Notes: a model not told the origin generated them from the sequence alone. DNA of 64,000 bases from Octopus vulgaris (GCA_951406725.2 OX597824.1:34720001-34784000); one strand, 5' to 3'; shown: positions 22,840 to 37,311, counted from the first letter of the stretch. Made by a program: numbers and translations.

Positions 22840-25610
22840 CATCATCATCATTAACATCATCATCATCATTTAACATCCATTGTCCATGCTGGCATGGGTT
22901 GGATAGTTTTACCAGGGCTGGCAGGCTGGAGTCTCCACCAGACTCCAGTTTCTACAGCTATATGCCCTTCCTAATGCCTACCACTCTGAGAGTATAATGG
23001 GTGCTTTTATGTGCCACTAGCATAGATGCCAGTTGCATGACACTGGTAGCTGTCACAACTAGGATTTCATGTAACTTGATGGGTCTTCTTCTCAAGCATG
23101 GCATATTGCTGAAGGTCTTGGTCATTTGTCATTGCTCCGTGAGGACTGATTCTTGAAAGGCACAGGTGCTAGTTATACAACACCAGCACAGGTGTTAGAT
23201 ATGTGACACCAGCATTGCACATTACCTCCATGAGGCCCAACACTCGAAAGGTGCTTTTTACATGTCACCAACATGGGTACCAGTTATGTGATTCTGGCAT
23301 TGGCCATAACTGTGATTTCATTTGACTTGATGGTTCCTCTCAAGCATAGCATATTGTCAAATGTCTCGGTCACTAGTCATTGCCTCTGTGTGGCCCAACA
23401 TTTGAAGATCATACTTCACCACCTTGTCCCATGTCTTCCTGGGTCTACCTCTTCCACAGGTTCCCTCTACAGTTAGAGATCAGCACTTCTTTACACAGCT
23501 CTCCTCATCTATACACATTTGAGGCCCTTTGCTTCTAGGCATTGCCTCAATGCCTGAAATTTCTTCTCTAGTTCTGGTAGTGATTCAGCTTTAAGAACAA
23601 GATCCTCAGCACAGAGGAGCTCCTAGGGGCAGTCCATCTTAAATTCCTCTGTTATTGCCTGGAGGACTATGATGAACAAGAGGTGGGTGGAGGACTGATC
23701 TTTGGTGAACTCTTACTTCTACCTTGAATTCATCGCTATACTTGTTGTCAACCCTCACCTTACTGACTGCATCCTTGTACATAGCTTGTACTACTCTCAC
23801 CAACCACTCATCTATCCCTAGTTTCTGCATTGACCACCAGATAAGGGAACAGGAGATCCTGTCAAAGGCTTTCTCCATGTCAACAAAAGTCAAGTACAGA
23901 AGTTTATCTTTGGCTAGGTACTTCACCTGCAACTGCCACTCTGGAAATGTAGCATCAGAGGTGCCTTTTCCCTGGCACAAAACCAAGCTGCATCTCATCT
24001 AAACCAATTCTCTCCCTAATTAGTTGGGCTATGATCCTCTCCGTGACTTACATCACTTGTTCCAACGATTTGATGCCTTTGTAATTATTTCTATCTAAGG
24101 TGTCACCTTGTAGCAGTTGACTATGGTGCTGCTACACCAGCCATTGGGTATGTCTTTTTTGTGTACTACCTGGTTAAATATATGGGCAACTAAACCATAG
24201 CCCACACCACCAGATATTTTAAGCATCTCAGTGGTGATTCCTGATGGGCCGAAGGCTTTCCCCATCTTCATATCTTTCATATTTTTGCCTAAAATGCTTC
24301 TGTTTATTTGGATTGCTAGTCCCTCTGTTGGATCCATAGGCAGACTCTCCTCCTCCCATGAGTTCTCTACACTTAGCAGCCTTTCATAGAGGCACTTTCA
24401 AGCCTCTTTTTGCTGAGTCACTAAATGCAAGTGAACCATTATCCATGTGAGCACACTTCTCTCCCACATCATAATTTTCCCTGGCACACTGTCTTGCAAA
24501 CCAAAACACTTGAAGCTGATGGTCCTCATGCTGCAGAACATTGGTCAACTTCTTCCTTTTTGCTCTACCTCTGGCTAAATATACCTGCTTCCTAGCTTCC
24601 GTTCTAGCTGCCTGATCTAGCTCCTTGCTACCAACACCCTTCCAATCCTTCCAAGCCTGTTTCTTTGCTCTGATGGCCCTGTCAGCTACACTGTTCCACC
24701 ACCACATCACCTTAGGCCTGTTTGGCACTTTGCACTAGCCACAAATTTTGTTTGTAGCTCTCAGTAAGTTGTCTTGTAGGAGCTTCCAGTTATCCTCTAT
24801 GTTACAAGTCCTCCTTCTTCTCATTAAATGCTTCATTTAGGACATCTTTAAATCTCTGACTGTTCAAAGGATCCTTAAGCTTCCATATCTTCTTTTTCGA
24901 AACTTGGTTGCTTCTTGGGATCCTTTGTGCCAGTAGTTTGAAGTAACTAATGAGTAACCTATGCTGTGTGGTACATTCTTCTCCAGGGAAGGTCTTTGCA
25001 TTTATGAGAAGCCATGAATCCCACTTTCTGGTGAGAATGTAATCAATCTGTGTAGCATGGTCACCAGATTTGTAGGTTATCAGGTGACTGGCTGGCTTTC
25101 TGAAGTTGGTGTTGCAGATCATTAAGTCATTTGCATCACTGATCTCCAGTAGCCTTGTTCCCTCCTCATTTCAGGAACCAATTCCATGGCCCCCATGCTC
25201 TCCATGAAAGACACCTGGGGCTTGCCCAGCATATGTTCAAGAATATCTGATGATTCTAATGCCCATTTTTTCTTTCAGTACATACGTACTTTGTTGCACA
25301 CGCACACTAACATTACCCGTCCATCATAGCATGTTAGTTTTATTTCTCTCTAGTCTTTACATATCTTCTGAATTCTTAGAACAAGTTTCACAACCATAAA
25401 GCATTGCTGTTTCATACACAGGCATCATACAATCTGCCTTTCACTCTGGGAGAGAGGACTTTTGTTACTAAAAGAGTTAAAAGTTCTCTAAACTTTCTCT
25501 AACTGCTCCTTATCCTATACTTCCATTGCTTCCACTGATAATTAGGTTACCTAGATAACAGAAACTATCTGCTACTTCTAGGGAGCCTCCTGGGCATCCT
25601 AGAACATTGT
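22840..25610 (-). mobile_element. Decayed RTE-clade LINE with 3' tail
   Basis: (cat)n tail at 22840; fragments FVDMEKAFDR, GPSGITTEMLK and TQIDYIL (endonuclease). Confidence 0.88.
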
Positions 25611-27214
25611 TATCTCTGCCTTTTTTACTGAACCTAGAAGAGGTAACTCATCGATCTTTAAAGCAGTCTTTAATATTATGGTCATAACATGTCCGCTTGC
25701 CATGCTGGCATGAATTGATCATTTCAGCAAGATCCAACAGACTGGAGGATCACATCTCTCTCCAATTGTTCTTGTGGCTGGATTGCCTTCTTTATGCCAT
25801 CTACTTGAAAATATGTACTGGTGGCACCAGCATTAGTGATGTTGCCTTGTAATCTGCAAGACTGAGAGAGAGAGTATCAGAGTATGAGTTGGTTTTATGT
25901 GAGGTTCAAATATGATGGGAAAAACCAGAAAAGTTTATTGCTGTTGGGGAGATTCAAGGCTTCCCAATATCATATAAGGGTAGGTGGGTTACAGGGAATG
26001 GTGCCAAAAGAGAGATTGTGGTGATGAGGTACTTGAGTGTACCTTCAAGGTAACATGTTCCAGAAGGTAATATAGAAGAAAGCATAGAGACAGAAGGATG
26101 AAGAAAGATAGGTAAAGGTTGTTAGAATATATGTGAAGAATGAATGATTGATAGAGCTTGTGGTTGCTAATATCAAAATAAGAAGTGCTGGTGGTACTAG
26201 TTATAACAGCAGTAGGATTATATTAGCAATAATGGGTGACAAAGTAATAATTATATATCAACAGAGATTGTAATAATCATGACAGTAATGGTAATACTAC
26301 TATAACTAATTGTGATATTGGTTTATTAGATACTTATTACAGCTAGGTGGACTACAACAGATTCACAGAAATGTTCAGTGAAATAAAACAGCCTAGATTC
26401 TCCGATGAATGAAAGTTTACAGCCTGTCTTATCATTATTTATATGTGTGTGTGAATGTGAGAATATTTTTATTGATATATAAGCTTGCTTCCAAACAATG
26501 TGATCTTAGGTTCAGTCCTACTGTGTGACTTGTTGTTCAAATGTCTTCTACTGTAGCCTTTGGCCAACCAAGGCCTTCTGAGTACATTTGGAAGATTGAA
26601 ACTATAAGAAATCGACAGTGTGTGTGTATTTTTGTTTGTTCCCCTCCATCTCTTGAGAACTGGTGTTGGTTTGTCTCCATCCTTATAATATAGCTGTGTG
26701 GCAAGAGAGACTGATAGAATAAGTACCAGACTTAAAAAATAACTATTGGGCACTGCCCCAGCATGGCCACAATCCAATAACTGAAACACATAAAAAGATC
26801 AATTTAAGAAGTAGGTGACTAAGTTAGTAAAGTGAAGTGTCTTTGAACATGGCTTAGAGTTATTATTATTAGGAATGATCTATTTCTCTAGAAACTCAAT
26901 AACCCTTGTTTAAATAACTGATATCAGATTAAGATTACACAGCCACATTTTTTAAGGTCACATTTAAAAGTTCTTGCATGTCAAGTGACCACATATCTTC
27001 TTTACTTCCTTTGTAGATGATTATATCTATTTTGAAATCTCACTTTTCTGAATTCAAGTTTGATTGTGGCTGGTTTTAGAATTTTATTTTTCTGGGCCAT
27101 GTAAAATGGTATGATTAATTCTGTTGATCTTGTATGTAGTTAAAGAATTTCAATCCTTTAATTCTCATATATTGTTGATATTTTATTATTGATTGTGTGA
27201 ATTTATATTTTCAG

Positions 27215-27933
27215 GAACACTCCAAGAGAAAAGAGGGCTGTTATTTTATACAGAGGACCATACTTACCACTGTGAAGCCATTGATCAGTTTATATCTTTC
27301 ATGAATAAGAGTAAATGTAAACTAGAAGTTGCTGCTCGGCTAGTGAAAGGTGGTGATCCATTAAGACTGAGTTTAGAAATTCAAAAGTCTGATTTTATAA
27401 TTCTTGTTTACTCCAAAGCTCTTCACAAAAGAATTCAGGCATGGAAAAGCAACCAAGATTACATAAATTTTTTAAAAGAGGATAACTCAGCACTTTTGAC
27501 AGTTTCCCTTCTTAGAGAACTTAATGCAAGCAACAAACTTATCATTTGTAAGTTTCCTCAGGTACCAAACTCCAGTATCAGCAGTGAATTACCTTCAATC
27601 AAGTGTTACACTCTTACAAAAGAGTTGAACTCGCTTATTAAAAAAATCCATCGATCAAGAGTGCATCAAGAGCTTGCTATTCGTGTCAAGAGTAACAAGC
27701 TCAATCATAAATTTAACTCTTTGACAAACACAATTAAGAATGCTGCCACATTTGAAGAAAATAATTCCAATTGGTTTGAAGACAAATATATTTGCCCTAA
27801 GAAAATGGAATCTTTAAATGAAATGCCTGATTACAGTGCAAACTTTTCAGATGGATGTGAACGTAGTATTTTTTCAGTCCCTGTAAGTTATATGTTGGAA
27901 CAGATCAATGAGTACAATGACTCATCAGTATAA
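27215..27933 (+). CDS. IL17R: IL-17 receptor-like gene, last exon encoding the SEFIR domain
   Basis: tttcag acceptor in phase 1 joins the TM exon (FKR|TLQEK). LLFYTEDHTYH (SEFIR box-1-like, cf. IYSADH) and SDFIILVYSKALHKRIQAW; stop TAA ends at 27933. Confidence 0.85.
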
Positions 27934-27996
27934 AAGGATTCATAGGCTGGATTCATTTATTTTAACAAAGATTTGGTTCCATTTTTTAAATTTTTA

Positions 27997-28300
27997 TTAG
28001 CAGTATCGCCCGGCGTTGCTCGGGTTTGTAAGGGAAATAACTATATAAGCATTTTTAGAGAGTTACTTCCCTTATATAAACCGAGCAAAAAATGCATTAA
28101 AAATGCGGAAAAGTGATGGTAAATTTTTTTAAAATCGTAGACTCATTGTAGATGCGCGCTAATACCCAGAAGGGCTTGATATGAATCACGACTATATGAT
28201 ACCCGATTTTGGTTAAACTGCACTGCAAAATGTGGGAGTAGTTAGGAATCAAAATCGGAGTAGACAGACACACACACAACTTCAGTTTTATATATAAAGA
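27997..28300 (-). mobile_element. Non-autonomous Helitron (second copy), in the putative 3' UTR
   Basis: Closely similar to 6561-6867, with the same TC start and terminal hairpin. Confidence 0.8.
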
Positions 28301-28511
28301 TATCTCATCCTGGATCCTTCCTGCTTTTCTTTTACCTTTTCACTCTGCCTTTTTTCTTCCCTTACCTGACGTTCTGTATTCGTCTTTCTCTCATAGAGAC
28401 AAAAACAGCAAAATCCACATTTAACATTAAAAAACAAAACAACTTATTTTTTACACTTGCCTACTTTATTGACATGCTACTGTGAGAAATAATTATATTT
28501 TTATGAGGATA

Positions 28512-28890
28512 GGACAGGAGTGGCTGTGTGGTAAGTAGCTTGTTTACCAACCACATGGTTCCAGGTTCAGTCCCACTGCGTCACACCTTGGGCAAGTGTT
28601 TTCTACTATAGCCTTGGGCTGACCAAAGCCTTGTGAGTGGATTTGGTAGACGGAAACTGAAAGTTGCCTGTCATATATATATATATGTATGTATGTGTGT
28701 ATATGTGTGTGTGTGTGTCCAACATTGCTTAACAATCGATGCTGGTGTGTTTATGTCCCCGTAAGTTAACAGTTTGGCAAAAGAGACCGATATAAGTACT
28801 GGGCTTACAAAGAATAAGTTCTGGGGTTGATTTGCTCGACTAAAGGCGGTGCTCCAGCATGGCTGTAGTTAAAATAACTGAAACAAATAA
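28512..28890 (+). mobile_element. tRNA-derived SINE
   Basis: ggacaggagtggctgtgtggtaagtagc head; same family as 1073-1479. Confidence 0.85.
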
Positions 28891-30139
28891 AAGAGTAAAG
28901 TTTCCAAAATTCAGACAGTTTATTAAATTGTAAATTTATTGAACTTTTAATGACCCTGAATAGGAAGCATCTCCAAGATTTTCTTATCATAATGCCATTT
29001 TCTGTTGGCTCCTGCAGGCTTAGAGGAAAATTTGTATTCATCAGTTCAAGCAAATAAAACTTGTTAATTATATTGAATTATGCCGTATCTGACAGCATCA
29101 TTAGAGCATCAGAAAAAGCTGCCTTGCAATTATTTGTTCTATAGATATGTTCAAAGAGTTTAGGGGATAGTAAATAGAAAGAGTAGATGTATGATGGTGA
29201 AGGAGAGATAACATGGTAGCTCAGAATGGTGATCAATGTAAAATATTGATGGAGGGGGCAGTATGAAGAATCATGTGAAATAAGTGGTGTCAGAGGAAAG
29301 CTGGTGATATATGCAGTTCAGCTAATATTAAATTACAACAGCAGAATACTGCAGTTAGAGAGACGATTGGTGATGGGGTTGTCTTCAAAAGGAAAATGGG
29401 TGAGAGGACCCAATTGTGCCTATACACATATATATGTACATACAGATTGTGCTTCTAGAATCTGTGTTACTGAGATGAGTGGATCTGAACTGCATATTTC
29501 CAGTCACCTTAATTCAGTATCATCCTCTGTGAGCTTCAAGGTCTTGAGATCAGCTTTCATAATTTTCCCCCATGTCTTTCCAAGTATCTCTCTTCCAAAA
29601 GCTCTATCTACATTAAATGACTGGTACTTTGTTTATTAAGTTGTCCTCATCCATGCACATCAATTGTCTCTGCCAGTGAGTCATCTTACTTGCATTCTAC
29701 ATCTGATTCATTTTGTGCCCAGTTTTTCTCTCAGCATATCTGTGCTATGTCTTTCATGTACATCCAACAAAGCATGCTTGCTTCATTTCTTTCTGGTCTA
29801 CTCAAATCCTCTGTATTCAAGTCCCTAGTTTCACTACAATAGAGCATGAAAACATCATACAATCTACCTTTCACTCTGAGGAAAAAGGGTTTTGTTTACC
29901 CCAGTGGCTTGTAATCATGTGTGTGTGTGTAAAGTTGTGAGGATCTCAATCATCCCGGCAATTAACTCTAACATATATTTAGCTAATAGAGTACTCAGGA
30001 TGAATACTAGTAATATTCACTAGCTATTAACAAGCAATGGAATATTAATTAGTTAAATTAACTAGTTAAATGAAAATAAGTACTTTCTAAATCCAAAGTA
30101 TGTAGCAAAAAAACTGGACATTTCATGCAGTTTAGAATA

Positions 30140-31460
30140 TAATAATAATAATAATAATAATAAACATTGTGTACAGTGCTCAGGTGCACTACAACTCATC
30201 TAAAGTGCATATATAATCAGGTGTAGTTTCGACGGATTTCGGAAAGCATGAGGGCCTCAAAGGATGCAGTGTCATGGCAGTCAACAACTGACGCAGGCAG
30301 TTTATTCCATACTTCAGCAACTCTGAGCGTGAAGAAATGTTTCCGAAAGTCATGGGAGCTGTGTTGTTTTCTGACTTTGTAGGCATGTCCACGTGTGTTA
30401 GACACATGGAGATCAAAAAGGTGTTCAGTGTTGTTATTGGTGAGGTGGTTGACAACTTTGTGGGCGTTTACCAAGTCCGTCGCAAGACGCCGGAGCTTCA
30501 GTGAATCCATGCCCAGGGAAACAAGGCGCTCAGAATATGGTAGGTGTCTGATGGAGGGTATGCGTTTGGTTGCACGTCTCTGAACAGATTCCAGGAGGTC
30601 AATGTTCTGAGCAAGATAGGGATTCCAAACTGATGATGCGAATTCCAAGTGTGGTCGTACCATAGCTGTATACAGTTTTAAATAGATGGCTGGAGAGCGG
30701 CTAACAAAAGTCTTGCTGAGTGATGCCAAGACACCCTCGGCCTTCTTGACAATTTTAGAGATATGCTTTGTCCAACGCAAATCACTGCTGACAGTAATGC
30801 CTAGGTAACGCTCGCAAGAGGATTTCTTGATATCAGTGTTGTGGAGGGAGTATGTGGACTTAGGGTTTTTTCTTCCAAAATGCATGGTGGTACACTTGTC
30901 CACAGCCAGTTTCAGTTGCCAGTCTGTGATCCATTGCTGCATTGTGTCCAGGTCTGATTGCAGGAAAGAGCTGTAGACAACAGGATCTGTCCTCTTGATT
31001 TCAAGGTACAGCTTGATGTCGTCTGCATATTTCAATACTGTGGCATTCTTTAAAGTGGCATCTATGTCATTAATGTATGCCACAAACAAGAGGGGACCAA
31101 GGACAGATCCCTGTGGTACACCTGATGACATCTCATATGGTGTAGAATGCTGTCCTAGAACTGTGACTACCTCCTTTCGGTTGAGAATGAAGGATTTCAA
31201 CCAGTTAAAAAGGTCATCCCCCACACCCATTGCAGAGAGTTTCACCATAAGCCTTTTGTGTGGCACAGAGTTGAAAGCCTTAGCAAAGTCAAGGTAGACA
31301 ACATCCACCCAAGAGCCACTGTCAGTGATCTGAGTAATGTCCTCAAGGAACTCGACAAGCTGATCACTGCAGCTGGAGTTAGGGACAAATCCATATTGTG
31401 AGGGTCGGATGAGACTGTGAGCTCCAGAAGTTCCAAAGTGTTTCTCTGACACACGATTCC
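30140..31460 (-). mobile_element. 5'-truncated CR1/L2-type LINE with uninterrupted RT ORF (411 aa) and (ATT)n tail
   Basis: YLDFAKAF, SGVPQGSVLGPLLF, YADD and VRPHLEFAS motifs; no stops in 30217-31452. Confidence 0.92.
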
Positions 31461-33576
31461 ATCAGTTTTGCAATACAGCTAGTGAGACTGACTGGGCGAT
31501 AGTTGACAGGTGATGTGCGGTCGCCCTTTTTGAACAGAGGAATGACAGTAGCAGTTTTCCATATATAAGGGAAGAGTTTGTTAAATTATACTTTGCATGT
31601 TCATTCTTCACAGGGATGTAAAATATGCTATCAAGCCACTCTAATTTGAGTGATGGATGTTGTATGGATGTGTGTGTCTGAATCATGTTATACATACAAT
31701 TATATATGTATGTGTACACATTCACACCATCTGGCCATACACACACACTCACATACATACATACTATTTACAAACTGAGACTTGATAATGATAATTATTC
31801 AAATTTTTATTTGAAAATACCAAATTCTTTATAAACTAATCAATTATGATTTTATGAGTTTTATTGAAGTTTGCCATTCTAGTATTACAATATTGATTTC
31901 TTTTCAGTTATTTCAAACAAACCCTCCACATACAACAATTCTTTTAAATTTAAGAATGATTAATTAATGTTTTGTAAGAAATCTTTTATCATAATATTTG
32001 TCTTTCTATTTTGATAGCATTTGTTTTAAATACTCATTCATTTTCATTGGAATCTGTATTCTTCTAATTTTCTGAAGGTTAGTTTGATGAACTTGCGACA
32101 TATGTCGAAATCTATTAATTCTTTAATTTTGATACTATGCTTGAGATTATGGACAGAAGCATATCTGAATCTACAAGAAAAGAGAAATTCCAATGTTGGT
32201 TGGTTATATACATTCTTATGACGCATTTATTTTTGTATATATTAAAAGATATTGATTCATATAAAATAAATATTCATGTTTATAAGATTGATCATCATCA
32301 GAAAGGTTTTGAAACCATTAAATATTATGTTTTATTTTTTTAATATTCCATATTGAAAACAAAATGAATTTGTGGTATTAATTACTAAAACTAGATGGAT
32401 TCACATTTTTCTTCATGCAAAAACAATACTCTACATTGACATATAGAGAAGTTAGATTTGGCCATGAATAGGTTTAAACATAATTGTTTAGAAAAAATTA
32501 TGCATAATAACAGAGCTACATTTGTGTTTACTGTCATCTTATGGAGATGGATTTCATTGTTAAGGACATCCAGCCATAGAAATTATGCCAAAGCAGATAG
32601 TTGGTGCTTGGTGCAGGTCTCCAACTAGTCAGCTCAAGTCAAAAAGTTCAACCCATGCCAGTATGGAAAACATGTTAAAATGACAATGATGATGATAATG
32701 TTGGTGACATTTTATATTTCAAGATTCATGATTAATTAAAATTTCTTAATTATTCACTTTTCATCATGTGTATATTTCATCATACATATATTTTTATTAC
32801 TCACTTTTCATCATACGTATATTTTTATTACTCACTTTTCATCATACATATATATATTTTACTAGCAAGCTATTCCAAAGAAGACTGAAGCCTGTAAACC
32901 TGACAATGATAAATAAATTATTCATATTCCAATCAATATTATAATATTTTACCATTTATAACTTCAAAGTATTATTTTTACAATAAAAAGGAACAAAACT
33001 GACATCAGTCTGTTGATATATACCAATAATTACAATTTTCTGTTTATGTTTACTACTTTTGTACAAAAATTCTTATTACATTTTATGGTGCCAACTCATT
33101 CCATTTTATACTTTTGTAAAATTATGGTTCTCTGTTTTAAAGTGTTTTGTTGACCATGTTTTATTTAACCCATAAGCAATTAAACCAACCAGATCCAGCC
33201 TCTTGCACCTACCCTATAAAGTCATATTAAAAATGAACAATCACATCATTAAAGTTATGAGGTTATGCATGATTAGTTCGAAACAATTTGAATAAATAAG
33301 CATTACATTTGACAGAATAAGCTGAATGCTAAATGCTTTAAATATTTGTTGCCATGATAATAGGGGAGGTAATTTTGGTTCACGTAGGAAATGGGAACTA
33401 CTTTGACAAACCATTTACAGATATTTACAAATATTTCATATGCAAAATGTTTTACTTTATATAAGCAATAATATATGTGTGTGTTTGTAAATTTACAATC
33501 TTTGTAGATCTCATTGTTTATTTTATTAAAAATCTTTCAAGTAAAATTGGTCTGTCTTCATTTATTTATTTTACTT

Positions 33577-35980
33577 TGGCGAATCTCCGACATGTCATGT
33601 AATGTTATGGGTTGGGTCTGCCCCTCTGGCGAATCTCCGACGTGTCATGTAATGTTATGGTTTTGTCTGCCCCTCTGGTGAATCCCTGACATGTCATGTA
33701 ATGTTATGGATTGGCCCTGTCCCTCTGGTGAATTTTCGACATGTCATGTAATGTTATGGGTTGGCCCTGCCCCTTTGTCGAATCTCCGACATGTCATGTC
33801 ATGTTATAGTTTTGTCTGCCCCTCTGGTGAATCCCTGACGTGTCATGTAATGCTATGGATTGGGTCTGCCCCTCTGGCGAATCCCTGACATGTCATGTAA
33901 TGTTAATCGAACAGTAAAATTATCTTATTTTCTGTCTGTGTTTTGTTTACTTTTTTTTGACACCAACTGTTACAACTTATTCTTATTCCAAATAACCTAA
34001 ACATACACATTTGATGCCTCTCATTTGCAAACTTACCATTTCTTACTTTGCCTGAAGCTGATCCTATGCCTCTATAAAATACAGCAACTAGAACTGGTTC
34101 ACTGCATATAAGCTGACACAGTTTACTATAGTTTGTATGTGCCACTCGTATGGACTATTTAAATTCAAGTAACCACCAATTGGTTTATGCAAATTGTTAC
34201 CAGGCTATGGTCAGGAGTTAGGAAAAAAGTGGGAAAAACTATCAATCTGCAAGTTTTCTCTGTAAATAAAATAATCATCGGTCTCTCTTGCTGAACGGTA
34301 AATAAACACACCAATATCGGTTGTCAAGTGATGGTAGTGGTGGTGGGGAGAGAACAAACATAGACACACACACATACGATGGGATTCTTTAAATTTCCGT
34401 CTACCAAATCCACTCACAAGGCTTTGGTCAGCCTATATATACATATATATATGGGTTTGTCTGCCCTTCTGGTGAATCGTTGACATGTCATGTAACGTTA
34501 TGGATTGCGTCTGCCCCTCTGGCGAATCCCCGACGTGTCATGTAATGTTATGGATTGGCCCTGTCCCTCTGGTGGATTTTTGACATATCATGTAATGTTA
34601 TGGGTTGGGTCTGCCCCTTTGGCGAATCTCTGACATGTCATGTAATGTTATGGTTTTGTCTGCCCCTCTGGCGAATCCCTGGCATGTCATGTAATGTTAT
34701 GGATTGGGTCTGCCCCTCTGGCGAATCCCTGACATGTCATGTAATGTTATGGGTTTGGTCTGCCCCTCTGGCGAATCTGACATGTCACGTAATGTTATGG
34801 GTTGGCCCAGCCCCTTTGGAGAATCTTCAACATGTCATGTAATGTTATGGTTTTGTCTGCCCCTCTGGTGAAACCCTGACTTGTCATGTAATGTTATGGA
34901 TTGGCACTGCCCCTCTGACAAATCCCCGACATGTCATGTAATGTTATGGGTTGGGTCTGCCCCTCTGACGAATCTTTGACATGTCATGTAATGTTATGGG
35001 TTGGCCCTGCCCCTTTGGTGAATTTTTGACATGTCATGTAATGTTATGGGTTGGCCCTGCCCCTTTGGCGAATCTCCGACATGTCATGTAATGTTATGGT
35101 GTTGTCTGCCCCTCTGGCGATTCCCTGACATGTCATGTAATGTTATGGATTGGCCCTGTCCCTCTAGTTAATTTTCGACAAGTCATGTAGCGTTATGGAT
35201 TGGCCCTGCCCCTTTGGCGAATCCGACATGTCATGTAATGTTATGGTTTTGTCTGCCCCTCTGGCGAATCCCAGACGTGTCATGTAATGTTATGGATTGG
35301 CCCTGTCCCTCTGGTTAATTTTCGACATGTCATGTAGCGTTATGGATTGGTCCTGCCCCTCTGGCGAATCTCCAACATGTCATGTAATGTTATGATTTTG
35401 TCTGCCCCTCTGGCGAATCCCTGACATGTCATGTAATGTTATGGGTTGGGTCTGCCCCTCTGGCGAATGTCCAGCATGTCATGTAATATTATGGATTGGC
35501 TCTACCCCTCTGGTGAATCTCCGATATGTCATGTAATGTTATGGATTGGCCCTGCTCCTCTGACGAATCTCCAAAATGTCATGTAATGTTATGGGTTAGG
35601 TCTGCCCCTCTGGCGAATCTGACATGTCATGTACTGTTATGGGTTGGCCCTGCTCCTTTGGAGAATCTTCAACATGTCATGTAATGTTATGGTTTTGTCT
35701 GCCCCTCTGGTGAATCCCTGACATCTTATGTAATGCTATGGGTTGTGTCTACCCCTCTGGCGAATTTCCAACATGTCATGTAATGTTATGGGTTGACCCT
35801 GCCCCTTTGGCGAATCTCTGACATGTCATGTAATGTTATGGGTTGGCCCTGCCCCTTTGGTGAATTTTCGACATGTCATGTAATGTTATGGGTTGGGTCT
35901 GCCCCTCTGGCGAATCCCCAACATGTCATGTAATGTTATGGATTGGCCCTGCCCTGGCAAATCACCCTCACATGTCATGT
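33577..35980. repeat. 49-50-bp minisatellite in two blocks (33577-33905 and 34455-35980)
   Basis: Unit catgtcatgtaatgttatgg(g/a/t)ttg...ctgcccctctggcgaatc..ga, with no unique spacers. Confidence 0.95.
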
Positions 35981-36061
35981 CTTTTTGGCATTGAACTGAT
36001 GAGCTCTGTGGAATTTCTGCACACTTTTCATGCAACAATCGAAAGAATTCACCTTTAAATT

Positions 36062-37205
36062 TAGGGTTCTGTCAAAGGCCTTCTCCATGTCAACGAAAGC
36101 CAGGTACAGGGGCTTATCTTTGGCTAGGTATTTCTCCTGTAGCTGTCTTACCAGAAATACAACATCAGTAATGCTTTTCCCTGGCACGAAACCAAACTGT
36201 GTCTCATCTAAACTGACTCTATCCCTAATTAGTTGGGCTATGACCCTCTCCGTAATCTTTATTACCTGATCCAACAGCTTGATACCTCTGTAATTGTTTG
36301 TATCTAAAGTGTCACCTTTACCTTTGTAGCAGTTGACTATTATGCTGCTACACCAGTCATTGGGTATGACTCCTTCATGTATCACCTGGTTAACTATATG
36401 GGTGACCAGGCTATAGCCAACACTGCCAGATATATTGAGCATCTCTGCAGTAATTCCTGATGGGCCGGGGGCTTTCCTTGTCTTCATACTTTTAATTGCT
36501 TTATCTACCAAGGTACTGTCAACTCGGATAGCTGGTTCCTTTGTTGGGTCGACATTCGGCAGACTCTCTTTATCCCATTCATTTTCTTTATTCAACAACC
36601 TTTCATAGTGGCGTTTCCAAACCTCTCTCTTTGCAGCACCATTTAGCACAAGAGAACCACCATCCATGCTGACACATTTCTCTCCTACAACATCACGATT
36701 CTCTCTCACACACTGTCTTGCAACACGAAATACCTCAAGTCTTTGATCTCCACAGCGCAGAACATTGGCAAATTTTTTCTTATCTGCTTCTCTCTGGCTA
36801 AATAAACCTGTCTCCTAGCTTCTCTTCTGGCAGTCTGATACAATTCCCTGCTACCACCGTTCTTCCAGTCCTTCCAAGCCTGTCTCTTTTCTCTAATAGC
36901 CCTGTCTACAACATTGTTCCACCACCACGTTATTTTGGGTTGAGAGGGGACTTTGCACCATCCACAGATCTGGTCAGTGGCTCTCAGCAGGTTGTCCTGT
37001 AGAAACCTTCAGTTGTCTTCTACACCATGTGAAGCTATATCCCCTTCTATTTTGTCAAAGGCTTCAAGTAGTATGTCTCTAAATCTCTGACCATTTGCAG
37101 AATCTTTAAGCTTCCAAACACTTCTTCTCCATGATGGTCATCTTCTGGGTGTTCACTTAGTCCTGATCCTAAAGTCATTAACTACCAGTCTATGTTGTGG
37201 GGTAC
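36062..37205 (-). mobile_element. RTE-clade LINE internal fragment
   Basis: ORF 35975-36709: GPSGITAEML, NYRGIKLLDQ, FVDMEKAFDR. Confidence 0.9.
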
Positions 37206-37237
37206 GCACACATATATATATACACATATATACATAC

Positions 37238-37269
<32 letters not shown>

Positions 37270-37311
37270 ATATATACATACATATATATACATATATACA
37301 TACATACATAT

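Noticed and set aside
33577-35980. CRISPR-like array
   Set aside because: The variable parts are homologous to each other rather than unique spacers, there are no cas genes, and the context is eukaryotic.
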